NCBI GenBank assembly: GCA_040285745.1
Contig: JAUFOR010000005.1
Location: forward strand, 496,001-560,000
Origin: Barthelona sp. PCE
Lineage: Eukaryota
Reading direction: 5' to 3'
DNA: 64,000 nucleotides
Shown here: positions 1 to 10,893 of the stretch, in pieces
How positions within the stretch are numbered: position 1 is the stretch's first letter
Layout: each line of letters opens with the position of its first letter
Made by a program: the position numbers and the translations under genes
Notes under the pieces: generated by a model
The model's input: the letters and a program-made list of their open reading frames with translations, nothing else
Told to the model about the DNA's origin: nothing
Databases searched by the model: none

Positions 1-147
1 GTTTTCCTTGTGCAACAAGATGTCAAGCAATTGATTTGAACCACGCTTTGCGAAACGCATAATTTCCTCGTTAAATTCCTCTAAGTTCGCTGTGATGCGA
101 AAATTCTCCTTGAGTTCGTGTACAACCTCGCTGAGATAGTATATCAT
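1..147 (-). CDS. Partial CDS (5' end), unknown protein running off the left edge
   Basis: ATG at 147 opens a stop-free frame to position 1 (MIYYLSEVVHELKENFRITANLEEFNEEIMRFAKRGSNQLLDILLHKEN); a pyrimidine-rich tract precedes it. Confidence 0.45.
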   Translation of the reverse strand, partial: MIYYLSEVVHELKENFRITANLEEFNEEIMRFAKRGSNQLLDILLHKEN

Positions 148-574
148 GCCCAAAAAGTTGACAAATGTCGAGAAAGAGAGTATAACGTGAAAACATGTAT
201 TTTGGGGAATTTTCCAGATTCATGTATGGTTTTAAGCATTTTAGACTGCTTTTCAATCTGTAAAATGGTGTTAATGTGAATCAAGATAAGTAATCAAAAT
301 AAACATGCACATTATTGCATTATATCAATAGTATCACTCATGTATGCTGTTTATATGTGGTATGCGTGGATATTGTGATACAAAACTTAGATTTTTTCAA
401 AAAAATGGTATTGTATTTGTGCAGGTTTGCTATTTGCTATTATTTTTCTATTTGTTCCGCATACTATGGGATTATGTCCATTTGAAAATTGATAAGGGAA
501 ATTAGAATAACTATAAGAACCACCACACAACAGTCAGTTTATGTTTTACCGTTCTCACTCCTTTTCCAAATATA

Positions 575-3500
575 ATGGGTACTCCCTCTGAACTAATCGG
601 AAGGTGGATCCAGTATCTAAGCACAAAAAGCGAAAAAGCATTGGATGACAGATTGAAACTCAGCGCTGTTGAAGCTATTAGCTCTAAGTTAGAGTTAAAC
701 ACCCTAAGGGTCGAGCAATTACTGCAAACAGATGACTTTGTTTATGCGCTTTTGTTTTCTATGCATCCTAATCACACATTTCAGAAAGTTCAACCTCAAT
801 TGTTTTTAGAGCATCGTTCACAGTTTTTGGGCCACGCATTTGGTATCCTCCGCCACATTGTATGCACTGCAGACGGTGCAGATGTTTTTTCCAACGAACC
901 ATGCAAAGGTATTCAATGGTTAAAGGATTTTAAGAAAGTGCATCCTGTTTATGATAAAGATTGTGAAAATATAATCAGTACAGCACATCAGAACATGCGT
1001 CTGTTGGAGGAAAAGTTTGAAAAACAAGAAGAACAACCACAAAAACCTATTCGTAAACCACCATCTATTCCAAAAAATTTTGAAGTAGAAATACCAAATA
1101 TTCCTCAACCGATCACAAATACAATGTACTCAACCCTTGCATCTCAGCAAGAAGTTACGCATCAAATTTATTCAGAAAGTAATGAAGAAACTGATGTGTT
1201 TGTCAATGTTCCCACAAAATTCACAGAAGTTCTTGAATATTGGATTCAAATGAGTAAGGGTGTTGAATTCGATCATAAACTTATGCATGTTTTATTACAT
1301 TATCCCCTGGTTCAATTCCTACCTGACTCGGTTTTTAGAACAATATCTGAAAAATTTCAATCATATCTAACTGATATAGAGAAGGAAGATGAGCGCTTCA
1401 TTGGTGTCTATCCTAAGAAACTGTATACTGATATATCTGAAGAAGAAAAACTTGCATTAACAGTTGATCTGCTCAATTATTCAAGCTGTGTACAATTAGC
1501 CATTCAAACACGCCACATGGTGTCTGATAGCTGTCTACTACAGAATATTATTAACTCTCTCTTGATGTTTAGTCGATATCTTGAAATTTTACGTCGTAGT
1601 CCAATACATAAAGAAGATGTATTGGAGTTGTTGAATCGATCTGTAACTAATGAGAGAAGACATATTTATACTGTGTATGAATTAAGCCTTTTACCGTCAA
1701 AAATTTCAAGCAAAATATGTTTGGATTTGTTTTTAATCTTCAACCAACATGGATATCCAGCAATCGAGGGGATAATCGATATGCTTATCAAACCTAATGG
1801 TGATTTTTGCTCTGAAAATGATTATCTAATTTATTTATTACGCAGTTGTTTTTTAAAAGACTTGACTGAACGCAATGCTTCATTTAAGTTACTTTTGAAT
1901 CAATTTGCCCACATTAATATGATTTCAGAGCTTAATCATCGAGATTTTTTGAATTTCTTTGTTTCTTTAGAAAAGTCAAATTTGCAATTATTAGAGAGGT
2001 ACTCACCTGAAGTACATAGTGTACAACGTTCCGCACAGCTACTACAGGATGACTTTGATGGACTGCTTAATCATACGACTGAAGCATTAGCAAGACACAC
2101 ACCTTTGCTTCAAATTTCACAAATTATTGCAACGTGGTCTAGTTGCGTGATTACCCTTGCTGACGAGGGCGCGCATGACCAGCTGTTGGAAGTTCATTCC
2201 GCATTTGTTGGTGGTCTTACAAATGGTATTCATGGAGTGGAGGCTCAGCATATTATTATTCGTTTTATAGCGTGTCTTGTGTTTTATGGCACATTTAATG
2301 TTGATTTTGTACCCAACTATATCAGATACATCCATTCAGCAGATAAACAAGTAAGTTTTTCAGCATTGTATATTCTAGGAAGAATTCTATTCCCTCTTGA
2401 CATTGAAATTGATAAATCTATATTCTTTGTACCACATTCTTTGTTCCACCACAGCGGAATCACCCCTTCAAAACTGTTTAAGGATGAACCCAATTCAGAA
2501 GAGGTGTTTTCTTATTTCTTCAATAGTCTTGTTGCTGATGAACCGATTCATTGTGTCACTCATACATACGAACAGATCATGGCTGAGACGAAACGGGTGT
2601 ATCGGGCTGTTTCAGACATGACCCAATTCGAAGATATGAAAGCTCTGTATCGAAATGATTTTCCCAGTTTTGTTCATGAACTTGATGTGATTATCAACGC
2701 ATACGAGAGTTTGCTACCAGATGAAGAGCAACTTATGGAGTTTAAAAAGGCACTGATCCGTTCTATTCTGGATGTTTCAGACGTCGATGTATTACATTGT
2801 CTTCAACGTCAGGTTGATCCAACTCATACAATTGACGCAATTATGTTCCATAACATGTACATGCCCGAGGTGCTAGATGCACAGATCAGCGAGTGCGTTG
2901 CCATATTGTTATCTATTCATTTAGATGATGATCATTTTCAAATGTCACTTCGATTGATTCACGAGATGTTCACAAGATCACAGCCCAGCAGTGTTTTGGA
3001 CAATGTATCTGTAAGATTATTTGAGATTGTGTGTTCACGGTTAACAAAGTTCAATATTGATGCTTTTGTGAGTGTTTTAATTGATGCACTCAAATTATCT
3101 TTGTTCTCCAAGCCAACACCGGAAGATATCATGAGATACACAGACAGGACAGTCTCACCACTGTTTGACAATACCTCAATTGATTATCCCGTGCGATTAT
3201 CCGTGTTACAGCAATTGTTCTCTTTTTTAACTGATTTCATTTCATCGAGTCACCCCGCAGATGTCCGCCCCGTCATTTGTGAACTAGAGGAGCTGACCAT
3301 GATGCTTTTCAAATCGTTTTCTGTTTGGCATGTCACGTTACCTATTATGGAGTACATCACGAGCTTCTTTTCAGTTTTTTGCCCCCTAACCAAGGGTGAT
3401 TGTGGTTTCCTGATGTCTGTGTTTGAGTATAGTGTGTCTATCAACGAACCTGTGTTCTCAAGGTTAATACCCATGCTTTCATCAGATGAACTGAGCACTT

Positions 3501-5062
3501 CTGACATGTACACAGTTACATTGTATGCATTGAACGACCTTTGCCCTGAAGAAAGCGTTGAACAATGCGTTCAGCTGCTATTGGGACTTGAATTACAACC
3601 CAATTTATTGCTCGTCGAACACAATGAACAGACATTGATGTGTAAGTTCTTCTACAACTTGTGGCTGATATGCGATGCGTTCCTGAAGGATAACTCTGAA
3701 ATGGATGATGACGAAATGGACCAAATGGAATATGTTGTTGAGAACTGTTTGGAGGCTATTCAATCGTCTTTTTTCATACAGTTTTTATTGGAGAATGATA
3801 CAATAGCTCTTGTCCGTCTTTGCTACGCGTATCCTCGCCTGGTGTACATGCTCAAAACACACAATTACTGTACTATTATTGAGTCAGCTGTTGGTTCAAT
3901 TAAGAATTATCAGGACTGGTTTGTGTTGATGTCATTCATGAGGCCTATACACAAGGACATCACCAATGTCGCGTTCAAAACCATATGTGAGCGAATGTGT
4001 ACCGATCTGGAGAAGGAATTTAAGGCTTTATACAGTTTAGAAGATGAAGAAGTTGATTTTAACAGGGTAATCACAATCACAAACTGTTTGCACTTTGTGT
4101 ATACTGAGCTCAATATGAGTGAGAAGAGTTCAATGAAGACATTCATTGTCCAACGTATTGTGCGGCTTTTTAACATGATCACGGGTGGTATTCACACCAA
4201 TGAGCAGCAAAGAAACGAGTTTATGATGTGTCACCTGATGGTTTTGGCATGTGACCTTACAGTATCACTGGCAAACAGTCTGGTTGAAGCGATTTTTTCA
4301 AAGTTTGATGTATTAAGTATTCCTATTGTTACATGCATGGGGTCTCTGTTCCTTGTTGTCAACCAAAAGAAGACAAGGGCATGTATATTCGACCATATGA
4401 TACAGAGACTTGATGATAGCTTATCACTGCTTTTAACAGGTGTTAAGGACTCTTCCGTTGAGTATTTCAGGGCAGACTGCACCGTGCGTGTTGTTTTATC
4501 GTACTTGAGTCAGTCAGAGGATGACATTCTTCTCAAAAAGTTGATGCGCCAGAACATTGCTTTTAAGCGATTCTTGGAACAACAGCAGATCGGCATAGAG
4601 AACATTTCGCTGTACATCGCATTCCTCATCTTCTATATTAAGGGTGATGCACGGTTTTTGAACGAAGATAATATTGCTGAACTTTTCTATGTCATTCGTA
4701 AGGCTCTAGCGACAGATCTATCTGAGGAACTCGTTGTGAGAACAGTGTTATTCGTGTACGTCAACGTTTTTGTCTTTACAAAGACACAAGGCAAGAACGT
4801 TAAGATGTTATCAATGCTATCAGATTGTATTGGTGCTGTTGTTGACTCTCACATAATCGAAGATACCGGGTTTGCACAAAAAGTTATTGATCTTGTTGTG
4901 GGTATTATAGAAGTCTTGGCCAACTATGCTGATTTGAGAATTGTAGTAACAAACACTCCATTAAAAGACAGTGTGGCGGACCTATTTGATACTGTTGAGT
5001 CCCTGGTGGATGGCGTGACCATTCCTAAGGCAATTGTTGAATTTATTGGTAACAAAGAATAG
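575..5062 (+). CDS. Large (1495 aa) hypothetical protein, probably alpha-solenoid (HEAT/ARM-like)
   Basis: Long uninterrupted ORF with Leu/Ile/Phe-rich amphipathic helical pattern; CCTTTT element at 560-565; no family motif recognised. Confidence 0.8.
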   Translation: MGTPSELIGRWIQYLSTKSEKALDDRLKLSAVEAISSKLELNTLRVEQLLQTDDFVYALLFSMHPNHTFQKVQPQLFLEHRSQFLGHAFGILRHIVCTADGADVFSNEPCKGIQWLKDFKKVHPVYDKDCENIISTAHQNMRLLEEKFEKQEEQPQKPIRKPPSIPKNFEVEIPNIPQPITNTMYSTLASQQEVTHQIYSESNEETDVFVNVPTKFTEVLEYWIQMSKGVEFDHKLMHVLLHYPLVQFLPDSVFRTISEKFQSYLTDIEKEDERFIGVYPKKLYTDISEEEKLALTVDLLNYSSCVQLAIQTRHMVSDSCLLQNIINSLLMFSRYLEILRRSPIHKEDVLELLNRSVTNERRHIYTVYELSLLPSKISSKICLDLFLIFNQHGYPAIEGIIDMLIKPNGDFCSENDYLIYLLRSCFLKDLTERNASFKLLLNQFAHINMISELNHRDFLNFFVSLEKSNLQLLERYSPEVHSVQRSAQLLQDDFDGLLNHTTEALARHTPLLQISQIIATWSSCVITLADEGAHDQLLEVHSAFVGGLTNGIHGVEAQHIIIRFIACLVFYGTFNVDFVPNYIRYIHSADKQVSFSALYILGRILFPLDIEIDKSIFFVPHSLFHHSGITPSKLFKDEPNSEEVFSYFFNSLVADEPIHCVTHTYEQIMAETKRVYRAVSDMTQFEDMKALYRNDFPSFVHELDVIINAYESLLPDEEQLMEFKKALIRSILDVSDVDVLHCLQRQVDPTHTIDAIMFHNMYMPEVLDAQISECVAILLSIHLDDDHFQMSLRLIHEMFTRSQPSSVLDNVSVRLFEIVCSRLTKFNIDAFVSVLIDALKLSLFSKPTPEDIMRYTDRTVSPLFDNTSIDYPVRLSVLQQLFSFLTDFISSSHPADVRPVICELEELTMMLFKSFSVWHVTLPIMEYITSFFSVFCPLTKGDCGFLMSVFEYSVSINEPVFSRLIPMLSSDELSTSDMYTVTLYALNDLCPEESVEQCVQLLLGLELQPNLLLVEHNEQTLMCKFFYNLWLICDAFLKDNSEMDDDEMDQMEYVVENCLEAIQSSFFIQFLLENDTIALVRLCYAYPRLVYMLKTHNYCTIIESAVGSIKNYQDWFVLMSFMRPIHKDITNVAFKTICERMCTDLEKEFKALYSLEDEEVDFNRVITITNCLHFVYTELNMSEKSSMKTFIVQRIVRLFNMITGGIHTNEQQRNEFMMCHLMVLACDLTVSLANSLVEAIFSKFDVLSIPIVTCMGSLFLVVNQKKTRACIFDHMIQRLDDSLSLLLTGVKDSSVEYFRADCTVRVVLSYLSQSEDDILLKKLMRQNIAFKRFLEQQQIGIENISLYIAFLIFYIKGDARFLNEDNIAELFYVIRKALATDLSEELVVRTVLFVYVNVFVFTKTQGKNVKMLSMLSDCIGAVVDSHIIEDTGFAQKVIDLVVGIIEVLANYADLRIVVTNTPLKDSVADLFDTVESLVDGVTIPKAIVEFIGNKE

Positions 5063-5315
5063 GAAATCAGCGTAACAGTGTTGTTGACCAACTTTTGCAC
5101 ATTTTCATGGTGTTTTGGGACGAAATCACCCATAATTGTCAGTGTGGCGACCCACAGATTTGATAAAGAATTCCAAGATTGTGAAATAATAGGATGATCG
5201 ATTTTCTCTACAAACATCATCATCATCGAACATGTGCAGTACTGCTTTCGTTTTGAGATGCAAATAAACCCATAACATTAAAATTGTGCTTTTAATATTT
5301 TCTCCTTTTCCAACC

Positions 5316-6911
5316 ATGCAACAAGAACTGAATCAGAAGGAACTGAAACCTTCGCCGTATGTCCGTGCCCTACTGACTGACTTGTACCAGTTAACGATGA
5401 CAGCAAGTTATTATACAACAAATATGGGGCAAACCGATGCATCATTTGATCTCTTTTTCCGAAGCTGTCCGTTTAAGGGCGAGTTCACCGTGTTTGCGGG
5501 ATTAGATGAGTGTGTACATTTCTTAAAGACATTTTCTTTTACTGACGATGATATTGAGTATCTAAAGACGATCATGACAGGCCTGGACCCTGAGTTCTTT
5601 GACTGGCTCAAGTCAATCGACCCTACAATGATCGAATTCCGTTCAATGCAGCACGGAACAATTTGTTTCCCGTATGAGCCTCTTATTACCGTCAGTGGTC
5701 CCCTTGCTGTATGCCAGATCATTGAGACGACGCTTCTGAACCTCGTTAACTTCTCAAGCCTCATTGCTACCAACGCTTGTCGCCATCGTTTGCTGGCTGG
5801 TGAAGAAAAAGTTCTAATGGAATTTGGTTTACGACGTGCACAAGGCCCCGCCGGTGCAATGTTCGCCTCAAAGTACAGTATCGTCGGTGGTTTTGACGGT
5901 ACCAGTAACGTACAGGCAGGTAAGGACTTTAACTTAAAGACGGTTGGTACACATGCACACTCTTACGTCACCGCTTTCACATGTCTGGATGATGTTAACG
6001 AGGCAGCCATCACCAAGTTCAACAAAAAGAACAATGTTGATTTCGTACAGAGCGTATTGGCTCATAGAGAACGTCTTGGTTTTACTCACACTAATGATGG
6101 CGAGCTTGCTGCCTTTATCTCATACGGTATCACGTTCCCCGATGGGTTCCTCGCTTTGGTCGACACGTACGACACCATTTTGTCAGGTGTGCCTAATTTC
6201 CTATGTGTTGCATGTGCTTTGCATGATCTGGGTTATTTCCCTCTGGGCATTCGTCTTGACAGTGGTGATCTCGCTCAGTTGTCCAAGGATGCTCGTGAAC
6301 TTTATAAAAAAGTCTTCCCTGATCCAGAGTTCCACACAAAGATGCGTATCATCGCCTCCAACGATATCTGCGAGGAGGCTTTGCGTGAAATGAACAAGGC
6401 AGGTCATGAGATTGATGTTTTTGGCATTGGAACTCATTTAGTTACTTGTAAGGCATGCCCTGCCTTGGGCGGTGTGTACAAACTAGTTGCTATCCACGGT
6501 GAGCCGCGCATTAAGCTCAGTGAGAATTGGGCAAAAACCAGTATCCCCGGCAAGAAGAATTTATACAGATTGTTTAACGATGAGGGCAAGGCATTCGCTG
6601 ATATCATTTGCACAGGTGACGAGGAGTTACAGCTTGGGGAAGGTTTGTACTATGCAACTCACAACCACGAGGATGTTCACACCATCAATGTTAAGGATCA
6701 TGTTAACTTGCTGACTTATACTAACGAATTAGGCGGGTTCCCTGAGATTGAACCGTACACCGAAACCCGTAACAAGGTGATTGAGCAGACTAAGAATTTT
6801 GCGGTTGATTGTTTTGTTGATGGAGTTGAGAAGTATCCTGTTTTACTGTCTCAGAAAGCAAAGGATCTGATGACATATTTAGCTGAGAAGGAGCGTGCAA
6901 GATTGGAATAA
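5316..6911 (+). CDS. NAPRT: Nicotinate phosphoribosyltransferase
   Basis: Motifs ALLTDLYQLTM, EFGLRRAQG, GTHAHS, LVDTYD, GIRLDSGDL, FGIGTHLVT, LGGVYKLV; first ATG at 5316. Confidence 0.95.
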   Translation: MQQELNQKELKPSPYVRALLTDLYQLTMTASYYTTNMGQTDASFDLFFRSCPFKGEFTVFAGLDECVHFLKTFSFTDDDIEYLKTIMTGLDPEFFDWLKSIDPTMIEFRSMQHGTICFPYEPLITVSGPLAVCQIIETTLLNLVNFSSLIATNACRHRLLAGEEKVLMEFGLRRAQGPAGAMFASKYSIVGGFDGTSNVQAGKDFNLKTVGTHAHSYVTAFTCLDDVNEAAITKFNKKNNVDFVQSVLAHRERLGFTHTNDGELAAFISYGITFPDGFLALVDTYDTILSGVPNFLCVACALHDLGYFPLGIRLDSGDLAQLSKDARELYKKVFPDPEFHTKMRIIASNDICEEALREMNKAGHEIDVFGIGTHLVTCKACPALGGVYKLVAIHGEPRIKLSENWAKTSIPGKKNLYRLFNDEGKAFADIICTGDEELQLGEGLYYATHNHEDVHTINVKDHVNLLTYTNELGGFPEIEPYTETRNKVIEQTKNFAVDCFVDGVEKYPVLLSQKAKDLMTYLAEKERARLE

Positions 6912-6981
6912 AGTGCTGAGTTGTTTTTTTGCAGATAACTTACAATAGGATATTTTACTTACAGCGAGATAAATCATTCAC

Positions 6982-9900
6982 TCAGTTAAGGGATATTCTC
7001 AAAATTTCCACTTTCATACGCCTTGCAGAGTCAGGCACGCGTAGCACATGCTCTGCCAACCCAACCGAAACGCCTAACAAAGCACTGGGCTGCAAAACAA
7101 CAGAAATATCGTGGACACTCCTATAGTCGCCAAATAGCCACTCAGCAACCTTCTTGATACATTCACCGGTCATATCGGCCAGCATGGCTTCCAACTGTTC
7201 CCTTATATCCACAGGAACAGCATCATCGTATTTCAAACAATCGCAAACAGCTGCAGCCGAAATGGAAGGCTCGCGACACACAATATTTTTAACGTCGTGG
7301 AAGGACATCCCGGTGAAGTGGGCAGCAGCGAAGTTAGTGGCGTGAAATGCTCGGTGCAAACGAGCGGATAACTCAAGATTTGCGTTTTCTTTGAAGAAGC
7401 TCTCAGCAACACTATGATCCTTTTCGATGTTCATCGATGCGTATATTGAGGGGTACACACGCGAAAATACATCTTCACTTAGCAATTCGCTGTGGTCTTT
7501 GCTTATCGCGTTGAGCAGAAAATTACCAATTTGTGAATCATCAACCGGAACACCGAAAATCAGACAGCTGTACACGAAACCGACAAGGGCAAGAGCGCTG
7601 GCCTCACAAAATGCAGGAAGCAGCGTATTGCTCTGGATGTAGTCAGCAAAGCACTCTAACGACATCTCATCACCATCGGTCTTCAATCTGACGCCAAAGA
7701 ACTCATCAGAGTCCATGAACGACGTGAAATCCCCAAACACACGAATGAAGAACGCATCAAGCGGTTCATCAGATCTCTGCTCATATGCAATTGGCGACAG
7801 ATCCTGCTTTGAAAGAGCGTGCCTGACGATATTGTCTCGCAGACCGCCACCGCCGCTGGTTTTCCACTCGTGGAGTGCGAGCTCAAAGATGGACGGGCGG
7901 TAATGTGGCAGTAATGTGATGCATCTGTTGAACAGATCTGAGTGGGTTGTGTTGCTGCCAAACAGGTAGAGCAGAGTCTTTCCCAGGGCGAACACATCGC
8001 TCATTGTGGTATGCGGCTGGCCATAACTCAGCACCTCAGGGGCGACAAAGCCCACGGTACCAACCATGGTTGTACCCAACAAAGTCTGGGCGGTGTCCAC
8101 GCTCACCCCAAAGTCGCACAGCTTGACGGTGGGGTTGCTGCCGTCGTCGTCGCAGAACACGAGGACGTTCTGGGGTTTGAGATCGCGCAGCAGGATACCG
8201 TTGGCATGAACGAAAAATACGCACTGTACAAGCTGGTGTGCCAAAGAGTTACGTGTCTCTGAGCTGATATCCGGGAAGCGCGCGACGTAATCAAATAGAT
8301 CAAATGGGGCACGCTCAAGCTCCAGGCATACAAAATCTACATACAGCTCATTTTCCTCGAGCGACGCTACGAACACAACGTTCTTGAGAGATACGATACA
8401 CGGGCTTGTCTTTGTTAGGACGCGCAGTTCCTTGCGCAGTGTTTTGATGTTAAGTTCATAATCACCATCGTATTCGTCGCTGACACAGAAGCACTTCAGG
8501 AGCTTGTCATCCTGCTTGATGATACAGTTATCAAGTGACATGTGCTCGAATTCACCGTTGAGATATAAAGCAGAGCTGATCACGGTTGGCGGGAAAGGGA
8601 ACGCGATGTTGTCGAGGTGCAGCTTCTCCAACAGGGACTCGCAGTTGACGGAGAGCGAGACATCGTACCGCAACTGGTCCAGCTGGCTCCGAAGAGAGCT
8701 GAGCTCAGCACCGAGCGCCGCTTTAGCGTTGGTGAATCGATCATCAACAACGCGTTGCAGTCTGAGCGTGTAGCGCTTTAATCGGGATTCCAATGAGTTG
8801 AGCTTGTTTATGTCGACGGGCGTGTCCAGCTTCTTTCTCTTGCGCCGGCGTTTCTTCTGCTGCGCCAGTTGCACCTCCTTGAACTGCTCCATTTGCTGAA
8901 GAAGCGCGGTGCATGACTCGGTGAGGGGAGCGAGTGCGCTTGTGATATCGGTCAGTAGAAGGCACTGGCTGAACGCAATGAACAGATCGGAAGAAGCGCA
9001 CTTATCCATGAACTTAAAGTGTTCGTCGTATTTGCTGACTTCATCTTGCATTGTCAGGAACGTGTCCTCGCTCAGAACACCTGCCAGTGGGTACTGGTCA
9101 ACAATAGCTTGGAAGCGCTGCTTGACCGTTTCTGAGAGTGACGAAATGAATTTGTGAGAACGCTTGACAGCCTTCATGTTGGTGTAAAATATTATGCACT
9201 CGTTCAGACCGTCTGCCAGTTTCTGCATTCCATCCGGTGCAATATTAGCCGACAGGTCGTGGATTGCAGTGTAAGACGGCAATGTAATCAGCGAAAGTGT
9301 GACACAGCACTTACTGATGTAGATGCGCAGTTTCTCGACATCAGAAGCGCCCGAGTCTGCTACAACGGTGGCAAGGGTTGTGAGGGCAGTGTTGAGCTTC
9401 ATATTCGTGATCGCTTGTTCCTCAGCGTGTTTCTGCTGCATCGATGTTATTTGCTCGTCGTATAAGTTTTTCATTGATGATATTTGTTCATCATTCTGCT
9501 TCTTCATTGTAGTGATTTGTTCATCGTTCTGCTGTTTCATCGCAGTGATTTGCTCTCTGAACATAGCTTCCATTTCAACAATCTTGGAGTTAACAAGAAC
9601 ATCCATTGCTGCAAGGCGGTTGGACATGGTTACAATCGAAAGATCAGTGGTGCACAGCGCATGCTCTCCCTTTCCATCAGGTTGCCAGTTATAAAGATAT
9701 CTGCTTCCGGTATTTGTTGTTATTTTAAATACAATAGGGTCAACTTGGTTTAGTATGACATCGGAAACACTACTATCGAGGAAAGACAACGACAATTGGA
9801 GTACATTGTTTCTAGGTGTGATACAGACGCAATTAGAATCATGAAAAATAAATATATGATCATTGTGCTTAATACAATCGCATGCTGAAACATATTCCAC

Positions 9901-10893
9901 TTGAAAAATGAGTCCATCAGATCTAAAAACACATATTAGGTCAGAAAAACGAATATAAATAATCTTATTTCTTGCAAATGTATCATAGATAGTGAAATCG
10001 TTTAGAAGTTGTTTAAAATTAAGATTATTTGGACAAAGAAAGACTTTAAGCCCTGTTTCGATTGACCACACGCCATAATCTGCCATGATAAACTTCTCAT
10101 TGGGTGATATTTTAATGAAACTACGCTTTTTCCTTGGGTTATTGTTAGGTATTACATGTAGAGGAGATTTAATATTGTCTTCCAAATGAAATATCATAAT
10201 TAAATCTGTTGAGGCGATTGCAACATAGTTTTCTGTTCCAAACCCAAATCTGAACTGATGAGGATTATCAATCCTGCAAACTATATGTGATTTTCTTGAG
10301 GTTCTCAAATTTTTGTGAACAATTCCACTCCCAAATGATGTTTCGCTTCCTGAAATATAAACACAAAAAGAATCATTAAAAAATGCTGTTGTACTATGAT
10401 GCTTATCTGCAAAATCAAAGTTGTTGCTTCTAAAACGTCCATCAATAGAAAGAACCGTAGTATCCTGCAATCTTGTGTGAGATATTCTAAATCGATTTTT
10501 GTACAAAGATTGAATATTATTGAATGTACCTTTAAATATTGGTTTATGCTGAGCTACCATTCTATTTTGACTCAAACTCCAAATACAAGCTGTATTTTCT
10601 AGGTTTATAAAGCATATTAAGTCACCATCATCGGAAACACTGCATATTTTAGTGCTGCTCAACGTTATCCTTGCTAATTCTTCTCCAGTTGAGGTTGAAA
10701 ATACTAATATACCATCCCCTTGGGCCAAGCAGCACGCAATATACTCTTGATTGTGTGAAAAATTGGCGTATTTGACTTGTACATTCAACTCGATAATTCT
10801 AATAATTTCTTTATCAAAAAAATGCCTGATATTTGGAACCAATACGGTTCGAAAAAGCTCAATCTTCTCCCCTACAACGCGTATCTTAAGCAT
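6982..10893 (-). CDS. Multidomain protein: divergent beta-propeller + coiled coil + Ser/Thr kinase + degenerate HECT-like domain
   Basis: Kinase motifs LRDLKPQN, DFG, GTVGFVAPE, SDVFALG; N-terminal WD40-like strands; C-terminal segments track the HECT consensus by eye; basic NLS-like KKRRRKRKK. Confidence 0.8.
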   Translation of the reverse strand: MLKIRVVGEKIELFRTVLVPNIRHFFDKEIIRIIELNVQVKYANFSHNQEYIACCLAQGDGILVFSTSTGEELARITLSSTKICSVSDDGDLICFINLENTACIWSLSQNRMVAQHKPIFKGTFNNIQSLYKNRFRISHTRLQDTTVLSIDGRFRSNNFDFADKHHSTTAFFNDSFCVYISGSETSFGSGIVHKNLRTSRKSHIVCRIDNPHQFRFGFGTENYVAIASTDLIMIFHLEDNIKSPLHVIPNNNPRKKRSFIKISPNEKFIMADYGVWSIETGLKVFLCPNNLNFKQLLNDFTIYDTFARNKIIYIRFSDLICVFRSDGLIFQVEYVSACDCIKHNDHIFIFHDSNCVCITPRNNVLQLSLSFLDSSVSDVILNQVDPIVFKITTNTGSRYLYNWQPDGKGEHALCTTDLSIVTMSNRLAAMDVLVNSKIVEMEAMFREQITAMKQQNDEQITTMKKQNDEQISSMKNLYDEQITSMQQKHAEEQAITNMKLNTALTTLATVVADSGASDVEKLRIYISKCCVTLSLITLPSYTAIHDLSANIAPDGMQKLADGLNECIIFYTNMKAVKRSHKFISSLSETVKQRFQAIVDQYPLAGVLSEDTFLTMQDEVSKYDEHFKFMDKCASSDLFIAFSQCLLLTDITSALAPLTESCTALLQQMEQFKEVQLAQQKKRRRKRKKLDTPVDINKLNSLESRLKRYTLRLQRVVDDRFTNAKAALGAELSSLRSQLDQLRYDVSLSVNCESLLEKLHLDNIAFPFPPTVISSALYLNGEFEHMSLDNCIIKQDDKLLKCFCVSDEYDGDYELNIKTLRKELRVLTKTSPCIVSLKNVVFVASLEENELYVDFVCLELERAPFDLFDYVARFPDISSETRNSLAHQLVQCVFFVHANGILLRDLKPQNVLVFCDDDGSNPTVKLCDFGVSVDTAQTLLGTTMVGTVGFVAPEVLSYGQPHTTMSDVFALGKTLLYLFGSNTTHSDLFNRCITLLPHYRPSIFELALHEWKTSGGGGLRDNIVRHALSKQDLSPIAYEQRSDEPLDAFFIRVFGDFTSFMDSDEFFGVRLKTDGDEMSLECFADYIQSNTLLPAFCEASALALVGFVYSCLIFGVPVDDSQIGNFLLNAISKDHSELLSEDVFSRVYPSIYASMNIEKDHSVAESFFKENANLELSARLHRAFHATNFAAAHFTGMSFHDVKNIVCREPSISAAAVCDCLKYDDAVPVDIREQLEAMLADMTGECIKKVAEWLFGDYRSVHDISVVLQPSALLGVSVGLAEHVLRVPDSARRMKVEILRISLN
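9424..9555 (-). repeat. Four tandem 33-nt (11-aa) coding repeats, hendecad coiled coil
   Basis: EQITAMKQQND / EQITTMKKQND / EQISSMKNLYD / EQITSMQQKHA. Confidence 0.85.

Noticed and set aside
5290-5316. Pyrimidine tracts before ATGs as spliced-leader trans-splice acceptors
   Set aside because: Several genes (575, 5316, 35885) have no AG between tract and ATG, and gene orientation alternates.
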